From Phycisphaerae bacterium (GTDB lineage: Bacteria > Planctomycetota > Phycisphaerae > UBA1845 > Fen-1342): DNA of 64,000 nt. Under the pieces are notes generated by a model, which was not told where the DNA came from, searched no databases, and saw only the letters and a list, made by a program, of their open reading frames with translations. This document shows positions 38,090 to 47,221 of this stretch, piece by piece. Location of the stretch: positions 125,609 to 189,608 of the forward strand of contig JASFQK010000004.1 in the NCBI GenBank assembly GCA_050115495.1, in the 5' to 3' direction. A program made the translations under genes and the position numbers. Each line of letters starts with the position of its first letter. Position 1 is the stretch's first letter.

Positions 38090-39786
38090 CGCCGACGCCC
38101 TCGGGGAATCACACCTAGGAATCGAAAAGCGTTGCGGATGTAGGTGGGCACGGCCCCAGACCGCAGGTTGTTTCCGTCGAGCATCAACGCGAGTTCCTGC
38201 GCAAACTGCCCCTTCGATACTCGCTTCTCGAGGAAGGTATCGAGGAACTTGGACGCCTTGGCGTCCGCGGACTCGATGGTCGCAATGTCGTTAGCTAGCG
38301 CCTCGCCGATTTGTGGATGAAGCACCTTGAACGCGGCAATCATGTATGGCAGCATCTCCGGTTGCCGTGCCAACTCATGCTCAAATGTGATCGCCGACAT
38401 CTCGACGCAGAGGTTCGCTATGTTGTTCTCGTGCTTCTTCAGGTTCTCTGCGGTTGCAGAGGGAGCTTTCCCGATTGACTTAGCGTCACCGTCGGTGAGG
38501 ATCGCGACAGGGACGCGCAACCACTTCTCGCCAAACAGCGGTAGGAAGGCGTCGAAATTGATGCCGGCCGCGTTGACCACGGTCACGGCGGACTCTCGCA
38601 AGCAGCCTCCCACGATCTTCGCCAGAATCGGCATCAGTAGCGCTTCCGCGATTCCCTCGACCATCAGAATCCTGCGAGCGAAGAACAGCTCGGCACGCGT
38701 AGCATCGAGAAAGCGCTGTAGTTTCTTCTTGGTGTCCTTGTCGATGCCGACGTTACCAATGGGAACCGCCTTCACGCGGTCGTCTACGTCGTGCACCACC
38801 ACAACCGAGTCAATGGGAGCCTGGCTCGCGAGGATCGGCGAATGGCTGCTGGCAATGACCTGGACTTCCTTGTCTTGTGGATCCGCCGCGACAGCCGCGA
38901 GGTGACGCAGAAGAAGCACCTGAAGGTGTGGATGAAGGTGGGCCTCGGGTTCTTCGACGAGAATCGCGCGGTGCGAGAAGGCCGCGCTCTCGCGGAGCGT
39001 TCCGAGAGTAGCTGCGGTAAACACGAGGTTGTTGTAGCCGAGGCCGTTCAACGTGAAGGGGAGTCCCTGGATCTTGGGCTGGAGCCCGGCAATGATCCGC
39101 CGAAAGACCGGGTCCGCGAATATCAGGTCGGTCGTTTGTGTCAATTCGCTTCCCGCGATCGCACTCAAGTGCAGGTTGATGTCGCTCTTGGCGGTTTCGA
39201 CTGAGTTCAAGGCGCGGATTTGGTCGTTCGCCTCTTTGGCAATTTCCTCGAATGCTCCGTGCTCGGCCTCCGGGGTGAGGCAGTCGACCAAGCGAGAGAC
39301 CTGAGAATGCTGACCGGGGCGGAGTCCGCGTTCCGGGTCGCGAAGTGGCTGCAAGTAGATCGTGGCGAACCGGTCGTAGTGCCTTGATGAGAGCGCGCCA
39401 CCTTCTGTTTCACCTCCCCACATCCGCACATTGCAGCGGCGCGTGGCCTTGTTAAACTCGACTCGGGCATTGACCTGCATCTCGAACCTGCCGTCACCCA
39501 TGTCAACGAGGCACTCCTGAAAATGCACTTCGTCTTCTTCTGTGAGGTTCGTGAATCGGCATGAGATCTCGATGGGCGCGAAGTCCGTGCCCGCACGGAA
39601 GTCGTCCTCGGTGAGATGGAGGGAATCGAAGTCGCGGCTCGAAAAGAGGATGATCCGCAGAGCGTCGATGATGGTTGTCTTGCCGGAGTTGTTCTCCCCG
39701 ATGAGCACAGTCAACCCACGCGGGAAGTCCACGTTGAATCTCTCGAATCTGCGGAAGTTGTGGATACTGAGGTGTCTGAGCCACAT
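38086..39786 (-). CDS. gajA: OLD-family ATP-dependent endonuclease (ABC ATPase + TOPRIM), Gabija GajA-like
   Basis: IHNFRRF, IGENNSGKTT, PLRD, NGLGYNN, VEEPEAHLHP, SSHSP, LFFA..ILMVEGIAE, ILTDGD, TFEHEL, KGQFAQEL. Confidence 0.85.
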   Translation of the reverse strand: MWLRHLSIHNFRRFERFNVDFPRGLTVLIGENNSGKTTIIDALRIILFSSRDFDSLHLTEDDFRAGTDFAPIEISCRFTNLTEEDEVHFQECLVDMGDGRFEMQVNARVEFNKATRRCNVRMWGGETEGGALSSRHYDRFATIYLQPLRDPERGLRPGQHSQVSRLVDCLTPEAEHGAFEEIAKEANDQIRALNSVETAKSDINLHLSAIAGSELTQTTDLIFADPVFRRIIAGLQPKIQGLPFTLNGLGYNNLVFTAATLGTLRESAAFSHRAILVEEPEAHLHPHLQVLLLRHLAAVAADPQDKEVQVIASSHSPILASQAPIDSVVVVHDVDDRVKAVPIGNVGIDKDTKKKLQRFLDATRAELFFARRILMVEGIAEALLMPILAKIVGGCLRESAVTVVNAAGINFDAFLPLFGEKWLRVPVAILTDGDAKSIGKAPSATAENLKKHENNIANLCVEMSAITFEHELARQPEMLPYMIAAFKVLHPQIGEALANDIATIESADAKASKFLDTFLEKRVSKGQFAQELALMLDGNNLRSGAVPTYIRNAFRFLGVIPRGRRR

Positions 39787-40230
39787 CAGGGTGTCCTCCG
39801 TTGACGAACGCAGCGTTCTGCCGCTGCCACCTGTCGATGGCGGACGAGTGCTGCCACGTGACCCACTAGTGCCCAGAACGTGCGCCGCGGCGATCGCGAC
39901 AGCCTATTTTGGTGTGCCATCTAGGTAGCAATGTGTACGTTACAGCGCCAAGAGGGAGTACGACAAGAGCTGGCCGACGGGGACGGACAGTCCAGTTCCT
40001 GGAGACGAGGCAACAGCCCTATCGGGTCGGCCGCGTGGCCAGCTCCTGCAACCGGTCTCGGTCATCGCGTGAACCGACTGCATCCTCGCCAAACCGCACC
40101 AGAAGCCGCCAGAATCCGCCAGAACGCGGCAGAATCCGCCAATCTTCGGCGCGGCTCCGTCGCCGCGCGTGTTTGTTGCGTACACTGAATGCTGTGGGCC
40201 GAGTGCGGGTGAAGAGGTCCTGACGGGAAA

Positions 40231-40270
40231 GGAAGACATGCCGGCGCCTTAGGGCTTCGGCATGCCACAC
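40231..40270. repeat. REP-like family B copy
   Basis: GGAAGACATGCCGGCGCCTTAGGGCTTCGGCATGCCACAC, near-identical to 22728-22766. Confidence 0.7.
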
Positions 40271-40381
40271 GTTGCGCGAGAGCAGTGGAACAAGGGATCA
40301 GGTGAGCAGGTGAGGGAAACTCCCGGTGCCTGGGCAGGCTGGGATGCGCTGCTTCCGGCTCACGGCTCAAGGCCCGCTGAA

Positions 40382-40473
40382 GACGTCGGCCACGGGGGGC
40401 CGGCGCTACGGAAGACGGCCGGCACGGAGACCGGCCGCTACGGAAGACGTCCGGTACGGAGCCCGGACGCTAC
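40382..40473 (-). repeat. GTAG-type REP triplet (family A)
   Basis: Three units, each a hairpin ending in GCTAC (GTAG on the minus strand), separated by GGAA. Confidence 0.8.
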
Positions 40474-40484
40474 AGGCTCACGGC

Positions 40485-41048
40485 TCAGGCGCGGCTGTCC
40501 CAGGTGGGATCGGTGACGCCGGCGAGCTTGTTCTGGTAACGGGCCAGGACGAACAGGGCGTCGGACAGGCGGTTCAGGTAGGGCACAACGTGCGGGCCGA
40601 TGGGCTCGGTGTCGGCGAGGGCGATCACCAGGCGCTCCGCCCGCCGGGCGACGGTGCGGGCGACGTGAAGCTGGGCGGCCGCCGGCGTGCCGCCGGGAAG
40701 AAGGAAGTTCGTCAGCGGCGGGAGCTGGGCCGTGATGTCGTCCATGAGCAGTTCGAGGGCTTCGATGTGGCGAGGCTCGATCCGCGGGCCGGGGCAGCGG
40801 GCTTTGTCCGCCTCGGGCACGCACAGATCGGCGCCGAGGTGCAGCAAATCGTTCTGAATTCGGCGGAGCGGGGCGACGAGCTCCGGTGCCGGGTCGGCGG
40901 CGAGGACGACGCCGAGGTGGGCACTCAGCTCATCAACGGTGCCGTAGGCGACGAGGCGGGGGGCGGTTTTGGACAGCCGCTGGCCGGAGCCCAGGCCGGT
41001 GGAGCCGTCGTCGCCGGTACGGGTGTAGACCTTGGTGATTCTGGGCAC
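40485..41048 (-). CDS. pduO: ATP:cob(I)alamin adenosyltransferase (PduO type)
   Basis: GTG start after GGAGG; KVYTRTGDDGSTGL, AYGTVDEL, IQNDLLHLGADL, FLLPGG, ARTVARRAER, YLNRLSDALFVLAR. Confidence 0.93.
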   Translation of the reverse strand: MPRITKVYTRTGDDGSTGLGSGQRLSKTAPRLVAYGTVDELSAHLGVVLAADPAPELVAPLRRIQNDLLHLGADLCVPEADKARCPGPRIEPRHIEALELLMDDITAQLPPLTNFLLPGGTPAAAQLHVARTVARRAERLVIALADTEPIGPHVVPYLNRLSDALFVLARYQNKLAGVTDPTWDSRA

Positions 41049-41268
41049 GCGTGGACCTCCACAAGCTGGGGGACGCAACGTCTGATATCGTAGCCGTCCG
41101 TGGAAAACGGGGACAGCCACCTCGCCGAGGACGGGGGCTACTAAGGTAGCCGCTCCGCTGGCCGATTGAACCTACCGGGGTCTGCTGTTGTGGCGGCGTG
41201 CGCGGGCGCCGTCGCCGCGAGGCAGGGTTCGATAAAGACGGCCGGCCGCCGGCGGCCGCAACGGAGGC

Positions 41269-41715
41269 ATGGTGATGGACGGTTGGCGAGAGTCGTTTCT
41301 GGATAAGCTGAACCGGGCGCAGATGCACTGGGTCAGGCAGTTCGAAGAGGCGCTGGACAAGCACTTTGTGCCGGTGTTCACGGAGTTCAAGAGCTTCCTC
41401 GTCGACAACGGTTTCCGGCTGTCCATGCCGCTGAACGAGCAGGGCCGGCGGTCGTTCAAGTTCGAGCTGGCCGAGAACGCGTACCTGCTGCTGATCTTCC
41501 GGTCGGCGGGCGTGGGCGAGTTCGAGCTGCGGTCGGAGAGCTTCGTGCCCGGCTGCGAGCCGGTGTTGTCGAAGGTCGTCGCTCGCGTGGCGGACCTGGA
41601 GCGGACGTGGGTTACGGAGCGGTTGCAGGCGGCGTTGGGCGGATTCGTTGATTCGCTCGCCGGCGTCGAGCCGCCCACCGTCCCCGATCCGATCGAGGAC
41701 GTCGTCACGGTGTAG
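41269..41715 (+). CDS. Hypothetical protein
   Basis: GGAGG RBS; GC3-rich codon usage; globular-looking 148-aa sequence. Confidence 0.7.
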   Translation: MVMDGWRESFLDKLNRAQMHWVRQFEEALDKHFVPVFTEFKSFLVDNGFRLSMPLNEQGRRSFKFELAENAYLLLIFRSAGVGEFELRSESFVPGCEPVLSKVVARVADLERTWVTERLQAALGGFVDSLAGVEPPTVPDPIEDVVTV

Positions 41716-41745
41716 TCCGCCGGCGCGGCGCTTTGTTCGGTATTC

Positions 41746-41829
41746 GACGGCCGACACGGAAGTCGGCCGCTACGGTGGCGTGCGGAGCGTTTGCGGTATT
41801 CGACGTTGGCCACGGGGGGCCAACGCTAC
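41746..41829 (-). repeat. GTAG-type REP doublet (family A)
   Basis: GACGGCCGACACGGAAGTCGGCCGCTAC and GACGTTGGCCACGGGGGGCCAACGCTAC. Confidence 0.78.
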
Positions 41830-41894
41830 GGAAGGCGCGGGCGGGGCGCGGGGGCGGCTGGTCAAACGGGGGCGGGTGGATTAACATCCCTTTC

Positions 41895-42017
41895 GTGTCC
41901 GAGGTTGAAGGTCGGGCCGGTGCAGTGCGCCGGTCGGACAACGGGTCAGGGTCGGAAGGCAGCAGCCCACCCGGCACGGCCCACGTGCATCGCAAACCTG
42001 GCCGGAGCCTCGGACAC
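41895..42017 (+). ncRNA. ffs: Signal recognition particle RNA (small bacterial SRP)
   Basis: Domain IV motif GGTCAGGGTCGGAAGGCAGCAGCC (GGAA tetraloop, CAGG/AGCA internal loop); terminal stem GTGTCCGAGG...CCTCGGACAC; classic position upstream of dnaX. Confidence 0.9.
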
Positions 42018-42140
42018 ATTTTTTTGCTCGTTGACGGCCCGCGGGCGACTGCGGGCTGATTGGGGCTTTGCCGCTTCGGGGCAGGGGCTCCGGCCGCCGA
42101 TCTCGGCAGGCCGGGGCCGCGTTCGGATCGAGACTCTCTC

Positions 42141-43730
42141 GTGGCCTACACCGTCCTGGCACGCAAGTACCGGAGCCGCACCTTCGAGGAGGTGATCGGT
42201 CAGGAGCCGATCGCCACCACGCTGGTCAACGCCATCAAGGCGGGGCGGATCCACCACGGGTACCTGTTCACGGGCACGCGCGGGGTCGGCAAGACGAGCA
42301 TGGCCCGTATCCTGGCGAAGGCCCTTAACTGCCTGAAGTCGGAGGAGCCGACGGTCGCGCCCTGCTGCGAGTGCGACGCATGCTCGGCGATCGCCGAGGG
42401 GCGGGACATCGACGTGGTCGAGATCGACGCGGCCAGCAACACCGGCGTCGACAACATCCGCGAACTGCGGAGCAACACGGCGTATCGGCCGGCCCGGGCG
42501 CGGTTCAAGATCTACATCATTGACGAAGTGCATATGCTCTCGACGGGGGCGTTCAACGCCCTGCTGAAGACGCTCGAAGAGCCGCCGGAGCACGTCAAGT
42601 TCGTGCTGGCGACGACGGAGGTGCAGAAGGTCCCGGCGACAATTCAGAGCCGCTGTCAGCGGTTCACATTCCGGAACATCGGGCCGGAAGCGATTGCGGA
42701 TCGGCTGAAGGAGATCGCCAAGGCCGAGGGGGCGAAGGCCGACGACGCAGTTGTGCGGCGGGTGGCGCGGCTGGCGAACGGGTCGATGCGCGACGGGTTG
42801 AGCATCCTCGACCAGTTGCTGTCGGTGTCGCCGAAGAAGCTCACGGCGGACGTGCTGGACGAGATCCTGCCGCCGCCACAGGACGAGCAGATTCTGGCGC
42901 TGCTGGGGCATGCGGCGGAGGGGGATGCGGGGGCGGTGCTGCAGGACGTGGAGGCAGTGCTGGGGCAGGGGCGCGGGCTCGAGGTGTTCTGCGCCGAGGC
43001 GACGGCGGTGGTGCGGATGCTGATGCTCGTGCGCGCTTGCGGGCCGGATGCGCCGATGATCGACGTGCTGGCGGGGGCGCGGGACGAGTACGTGGCGCTG
43101 AGTCGGCGATTCGAACTGTCGCAATACGTGCAGATGATCGGGATGCTGGAGGAGCTGCGGCGGAATGTGCGCTTCAGCGGTGCCGGGCGGGCGTTGACGG
43201 ACGCCGTGGCGGTGCGACTGGCGCATATGCACGCGTGGGCACCGATCGAGGAGCTGCTCGGGCAGGTCGCCGCCGATGGTGGTGGGGCGGACGAAAAAAA
43301 AAAGTACACGGTCGATAGCATAGGACAGCGGACGGTACCGGCGGCGGCAGTGGCTGCGCCTGTGCCGATTGCTCCGGCGCCGGTGCGTGCGCCAGCGCCA
43401 CCACCGCCCGCGCGAGTGGCTCCGGCAGCGCGGGTGCAGGCGGAGCCGGAGGTAGCGCGTCGGGTGCCGGTGCCGGCGGCGGAGGATGTTCCGCCGACGT
43501 ACGGGCCGGATGTGGACGACGAGCCGTGCGCGGTTCCGGATGATTACACGCCGGGTGAGGTGGAGTCGCCGCCGGCGGTGCGGACTATGCCGAAGGGCGC
43601 GGTCTCCAGCAGCGAGCGGGCCAGGATCCTGAAGGATCCGATGGTGCAGCGGCTGATGGACCTTTTCGATGGTGAGCTCGTGTACGTGGAGCGCCGGCCG
43701 CAGGCGCCGGCGGGCGAAACGACGGAGTAA
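42141..43730 (+). CDS. dnaX: DNA polymerase III subunit gamma/tau
   Basis: LARKYRSRTFEEVIGQ, GTRGVGKTS, C4 zinc site, EIDAASN, IIDEVHML, NALLKTLEEPP, SRCQRF, GSMRD. Confidence 0.97.
   Translation: MAYTVLARKYRSRTFEEVIGQEPIATTLVNAIKAGRIHHGYLFTGTRGVGKTSMARILAKALNCLKSEEPTVAPCCECDACSAIAEGRDIDVVEIDAASNTGVDNIRELRSNTAYRPARARFKIYIIDEVHMLSTGAFNALLKTLEEPPEHVKFVLATTEVQKVPATIQSRCQRFTFRNIGPEAIADRLKEIAKAEGAKADDAVVRRVARLANGSMRDGLSILDQLLSVSPKKLTADVLDEILPPPQDEQILALLGHAAEGDAGAVLQDVEAVLGQGRGLEVFCAEATAVVRMLMLVRACGPDAPMIDVLAGARDEYVALSRRFELSQYVQMIGMLEELRRNVRFSGAGRALTDAVAVRLAHMHAWAPIEELLGQVAADGGGADEKKKYTVDSIGQRTVPAAAVAAPVPIAPAPVRAPAPPPPARVAPAARVQAEPEVARRVPVPAAEDVPPTYGPDVDDEPCAVPDDYTPGEVESPPAVRTMPKGAVSSSERARILKDPMVQRLMDLFDGELVYVERRPQAPAGETTE
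43294..43323 (+). promoter_or_regulatory. dnaX slippery A10 tract with stops in both shifted frames
   Basis: GAC GAA AAA AAA AAG TAC; -1 frame stop TAG at 43316-43318, +1 frame stop TAG at 43321-43323. Confidence 0.75.
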
Positions 43731-43733
43731 GAC

Positions 43734-44084
43734 ATGTTTGGAAACCTCGGGCAACTCGCCCAGTTGATGAAGAACGCCGGCCAGATCAAGCAGAACATGG
43801 CCGAGATGAAGGAGCGGATGGCCACGGCCCGCTTCACCGGCGAGGCCGGCGGCGGTCAGGTGCAGGCCACGGTCGACGGCAAGGGCGAGGCCGTCGGCGT
43901 CAAGATCGATCCGGCGCTTGTCGCCGCCGGCGATATCGAGATGCTGGAAGACCTGATCTGTGCCGCCATGCGCGACGCGGTGCATCGCAGCCGCGAGGCC
44001 ATGCAGAAGGACATGGAGGCTGCGATGGGCGGCATCGACCTTGGCCCCATGAAGAGCATGCTCGGTGGCGGACCTTTGCCGTGA
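43734..44084 (+). CDS. ybaB: YbaB/EbfC nucleoid-associated protein
   Basis: GEAGGGQVQATVDG, VKIDP, DIEMLEDLICAA; lies between dnaX and recR. Confidence 0.93.
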   Translation: MFGNLGQLAQLMKNAGQIKQNMAEMKERMATARFTGEAGGGQVQATVDGKGEAVGVKIDPALVAAGDIEMLEDLICAAMRDAVHRSREAMQKDMEAAMGGIDLGPMKSMLGGGPLP

Positions 44085-44686
44085 CGGACGGATCGTTGAC
44101 GGGGCCGCTGCAGCGGCTCATCGATGAACTGAAGAAGCTGCCGGGGATCGGGGCGCGATCGGCGGAGCGGATTGCGTTCCACCTGCTCAAGGCGGAGCGG
44201 GAGGAGGCGCTGGCCCTGGCGAAGGCCGTCATCGCCACGAAGGACGAGATTCGACCGTGCTCGCGGTGTTTCAACCTCGCCGATGGGGAGCTGTGCCACA
44301 TCTGCGCGGATCACCGGCGGGATCAGAGCCAGGTCGTCGTGGTCGAGCAGCCGAAGGATCTCATCAGCCTGGACGCGACCGGGCTGATCACCGGCGTTTA
44401 TCACGTGCTGATGGGGCATATCGCTCCGCTCGAAGGGGTCGAGCCGGGTGATCTGACCATCGATGCCCTGGTCGCGCGCGTGCGCTCCGGAGATGTGCGC
44501 GAGGTCGTGCTGGCCACCAACCCCACGCTCGAAGGCGATGCGACGGCGCTGCATATCAGCAGCCTGCTCGCCGACACGGGCGTGAAGATCACGCGTCTGG
44601 CCCGCGGTATCGCCCCCGGGTCGCAGATCGAGTTCGCCAACCGCTCGATGCTCGAAGAGGCGCTGCGCGGGCGGCGGGAATTCTGA
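44081..44686 (+). CDS. recR: Recombination mediator RecR
   Basis: LPGIGARSAERIAFHLL, CSRC...CHIC, YHVLMG, ATNPTLEGDATA, ITRLARG. Confidence 0.97.
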   Translation: MTDGSLTGPLQRLIDELKKLPGIGARSAERIAFHLLKAEREEALALAKAVIATKDEIRPCSRCFNLADGELCHICADHRRDQSQVVVVEQPKDLISLDATGLITGVYHVLMGHIAPLEGVEPGDLTIDALVARVRSGDVREVVLATNPTLEGDATALHISSLLADTGVKITRLARGIAPGSQIEFANRSMLEEALRGRREF

Positions 44687-44699
44687 GCGGAGCCGGCGG

Positions 44700-45251
44700 A
44701 TGAACGCGGCGGGCCGAAGCGGCGGTGGCGGGGAGCTTTCGGCCGAAGCGCTGCGCGAACGGCTGGGCTACGACGATGCCCGGCTCGTCGCCGAGTGCGA
44801 GGTGCATACGTATCGGGCCAGTGGGCCCGGGGGGCAGAAACGCAACAAGACGTCGTCGGCCGTGCGGCTGCACCACGGTCCGAGTGGGCTCATCGCGAAG
44901 GCGGAAGAGAGCCGGTCGCAGCATGAGAATCGGGCGAAGGCGCTGCGGCGGCTGCGGGAGAGGTTGGCCGTGCAGGTGCGGCAACCGCTGCCGGAGCGGA
45001 TCGAGTGGCCGGAGGGCGTGCGGATCGTCGATGGGGCGCTGAAGGTGGGCTCGGGGAATCGGGCGACGCATCATGTCATTGCCCTGGCGCTCGATGCGCT
45101 TGAGGCGGCGGGGGGGCGGTTGTCCGAGACGGCGCAGCTTCTGGGCGTAACGTCGTCGAGCCTGACGCGCTTCCTGGCCGAGCATCACGCGGCGTGGGCG
45201 GAGGCGAATCGGTTGCGGGCGGAGCGGGAGCTTCCGCCGCTGAGGGCGTGA
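44700..45251 (+). CDS. Peptide chain release factor-like (RF-1 domain) protein
   Basis: RASGPGGQKRNKTSSAVRLHH, EESRSQHENR; C-terminal HTH-like GGRLSETAQLLGVTSSSL. Confidence 0.85.
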   Translation: MNAAGRSGGGGELSAEALRERLGYDDARLVAECEVHTYRASGPGGQKRNKTSSAVRLHHGPSGLIAKAEESRSQHENRAKALRRLRERLAVQVRQPLPERIEWPEGVRIVDGALKVGSGNRATHHVIALALDALEAAGGRLSETAQLLGVTSSSLTRFLAEHHAAWAEANRLRAERELPPLRA

Positions 45252-45301
45252 GCGCGGGTCGCTTTGACGGGTGGGGGTGGGGCCAGTACCGTGTCGCGGT
45301 C

Positions 45302-47158
45302 ATGTTGTCTTCTCGCGGGCAGCGACAATTGACGAGATTGGTGCAGCGGCGCGCCGGCTGGCGGATTCTGGCGGCCGTTGTTGCGTTTGGGGTGCTGGCC
45401 GCGGTGAGTTTAGCGGCGACGCCGACCGATGCGGCGCCGGTAGTCGCTACGCAATCGGCCGCGGCGCCGGCGGTGGCTACGCAGTCGGCTCCGGCTCCGG
45501 CGACGATGCCTGCGGGGCCGGGGGGCTTCTACGGCATCTGGGTCGTTGTGCCGCCGTTGGTCACGATCATCCTCGCCATCTGGCTGCGGCAGGTGGTGCC
45601 GGCGCTGGCGGTCGGCGTGCTCGTGGCGGCGACGATGCTGGCGTGGTACGACGTGCAGCCCGCCTCGGTGGCCGGCGTGGCCGCGGTGGCGGTGGGTGGC
45701 GTGACGCGGGCGACCGAGGGGTTCCTCATTGGTGCGCTCGCCGACAGCCAGCACATGAAGATCGTCGTCTTCACGCTACTCATTGGCGGAATGGTCGGCG
45801 TGATCGGGGCCAATGGCGGAACGCCGGCGATCGTGCACCACGTGGCCCGCTGGGCGTCGAGCCGGCAGCGCGGGCAGGTGACGGTGTGGCTGGCCGGGCT
45901 GATCGTCTTCTTCGATGACTACGCCAACGCGATGATCATCGGGCCGTCGATGCGGCCGATTTGCGATCGGCTGCGCATCAGCCGGGCGAAGCTGGCCTAC
46001 ATCGTCGATTCGACGGCGGCCCCCGTCGCGTCCATCGCCCTGATCGGCACGTGGATCGGGGCTGAGTTGAGCTACATCCAGGACGGGTTGAGCGAGCTGC
46101 ACGATCGGCCGGCGTTTCTGGTGTCGATGACCGCCTACCAGGCGTTTCTCCGCAGCATCCCATATCGCTTCTACCCGATCCTAGCGCTGGTGATGGTGGT
46201 GCTGGTCGGTGCACTCGGTCGCGATTTCGGCCCAATGCGGCGTGCTGAACGCGACGCGCAGGCGGCTCCCGAGGAGGGAACCACCGGCGGCGCGGCCGAG
46301 GTGCAGCCGGGCCGCGTGTGGTATGCACTGGTGCCCGTGGCGGTGTTGGTGTGCGGAACGCTCGCGCTGCTGGTGATCACCGGTTGGCCGGCGGGCGGGC
46401 TGGCCGCCGTGCAGGTGCCGCCGGAGACGCCACGCTGGATCGGCGTGATGGCGGAGATTCTGTACGAGTGTGATTCATACAACTCGATTCTGTATGGTGC
46501 CTTGGCTGCCGTGGTCGTCGCTGCCGGCATCTCGCTGGTGACGCGGGCGCTGAGCCTGGCGCGTACGGTCGAGAGCGCCATGGCCGTGATGTCGCGCATG
46601 CTGCCAACGGTCGTCGTGCTGGTGCTGGCGTGGGCGTTGTCGGCGGCGGTGCAGGCGTTGCAGCTCGGCGAGGTGGCGACGGACCTGCTGAAGCAGGGCG
46701 GGTTCGCGGCCCGCTGGCTGCCGCTGCTGGTGTTTGGGACGGCGTGCGTGGTTTCTTTCGCCACGGGCACGTCGTGGGGGACGATGGGCATTCTCTGCCC
46801 GGTGGTGGTGACGATCGCCGCCGGGTTGCTGGGAGCGGTGCCGGCGGGCGAGGCGGAGCCGCTGTTCTACGCGTCGGTGGGGGCGGTGCTGGCGGGGGCG
46901 GTTTTCGGGGATCACTGCTCGCCGATCAGTGATACGACCGTGCTGTCGTCGCTGGCCAGCGAGTGCACGCTGGAGAAGCACGTCTGGACACAGATGCCGT
47001 ATGCCCTGGTCGTGGCGGTGGTCTCAACGCTGTCGGGCGAAGTCCTGTGCCGCTGGCTCGACTGGCCTGCCTGGGGGGCGTTGCTGATTGGGACGGCGGC
47101 GCTGGCGGCGATCGTGTTGGTGATCGGTCGGCGGCCGGCGCCCGCTCACGCGGGGTGA
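45302..47158 (+). CDS. Na+/H+ antiporter NhaC family protein
   Basis: FFDDYAN, KLAYIVDSTAAP, FATGTSWGTMGI, GAVFGDHCSPISDTTVLSS, HVWTQMPYA. Confidence 0.9.
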   Translation: MLSSRGQRQLTRLVQRRAGWRILAAVVAFGVLAAVSLAATPTDAAPVVATQSAAAPAVATQSAPAPATMPAGPGGFYGIWVVVPPLVTIILAIWLRQVVPALAVGVLVAATMLAWYDVQPASVAGVAAVAVGGVTRATEGFLIGALADSQHMKIVVFTLLIGGMVGVIGANGGTPAIVHHVARWASSRQRGQVTVWLAGLIVFFDDYANAMIIGPSMRPICDRLRISRAKLAYIVDSTAAPVASIALIGTWIGAELSYIQDGLSELHDRPAFLVSMTAYQAFLRSIPYRFYPILALVMVVLVGALGRDFGPMRRAERDAQAAPEEGTTGGAAEVQPGRVWYALVPVAVLVCGTLALLVITGWPAGGLAAVQVPPETPRWIGVMAEILYECDSYNSILYGALAAVVVAAGISLVTRALSLARTVESAMAVMSRMLPTVVVLVLAWALSAAVQALQLGEVATDLLKQGGFAARWLPLLVFGTACVVSFATGTSWGTMGILCPVVVTIAAGLLGAVPAGEAEPLFYASVGAVLAGAVFGDHCSPISDTTVLSSLASECTLEKHVWTQMPYALVVAVVSTLSGEVLCRWLDWPAWGALLIGTAALAAIVLVIGRRPAPAHAG

Positions 47159-47221
47159 CCTGGCTGAGCAAGGGGGGCGACCCGCTGCACGCGAGCCCGG
47201 GGTGGGATATGATTCCGACAC

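Noticed and set aside
40085..40225. GCCAGAATCC-like short repeats and GAAGAGGTC as a possible att site or tRNA fragment bounding the Gabija cassette
   Set aside because: The match to the tRNA-Ala sequence is only about 8 nt and no partner repeat was found on the other side.
40382..40473. Regularly spaced ~32-bp units resembling a mini CRISPR array
   Set aside because: The units are themselves hairpins ending in GCTAC with no unique spacers, recur in dispersed clusters, and no cas genes are present; they fit REP elements.
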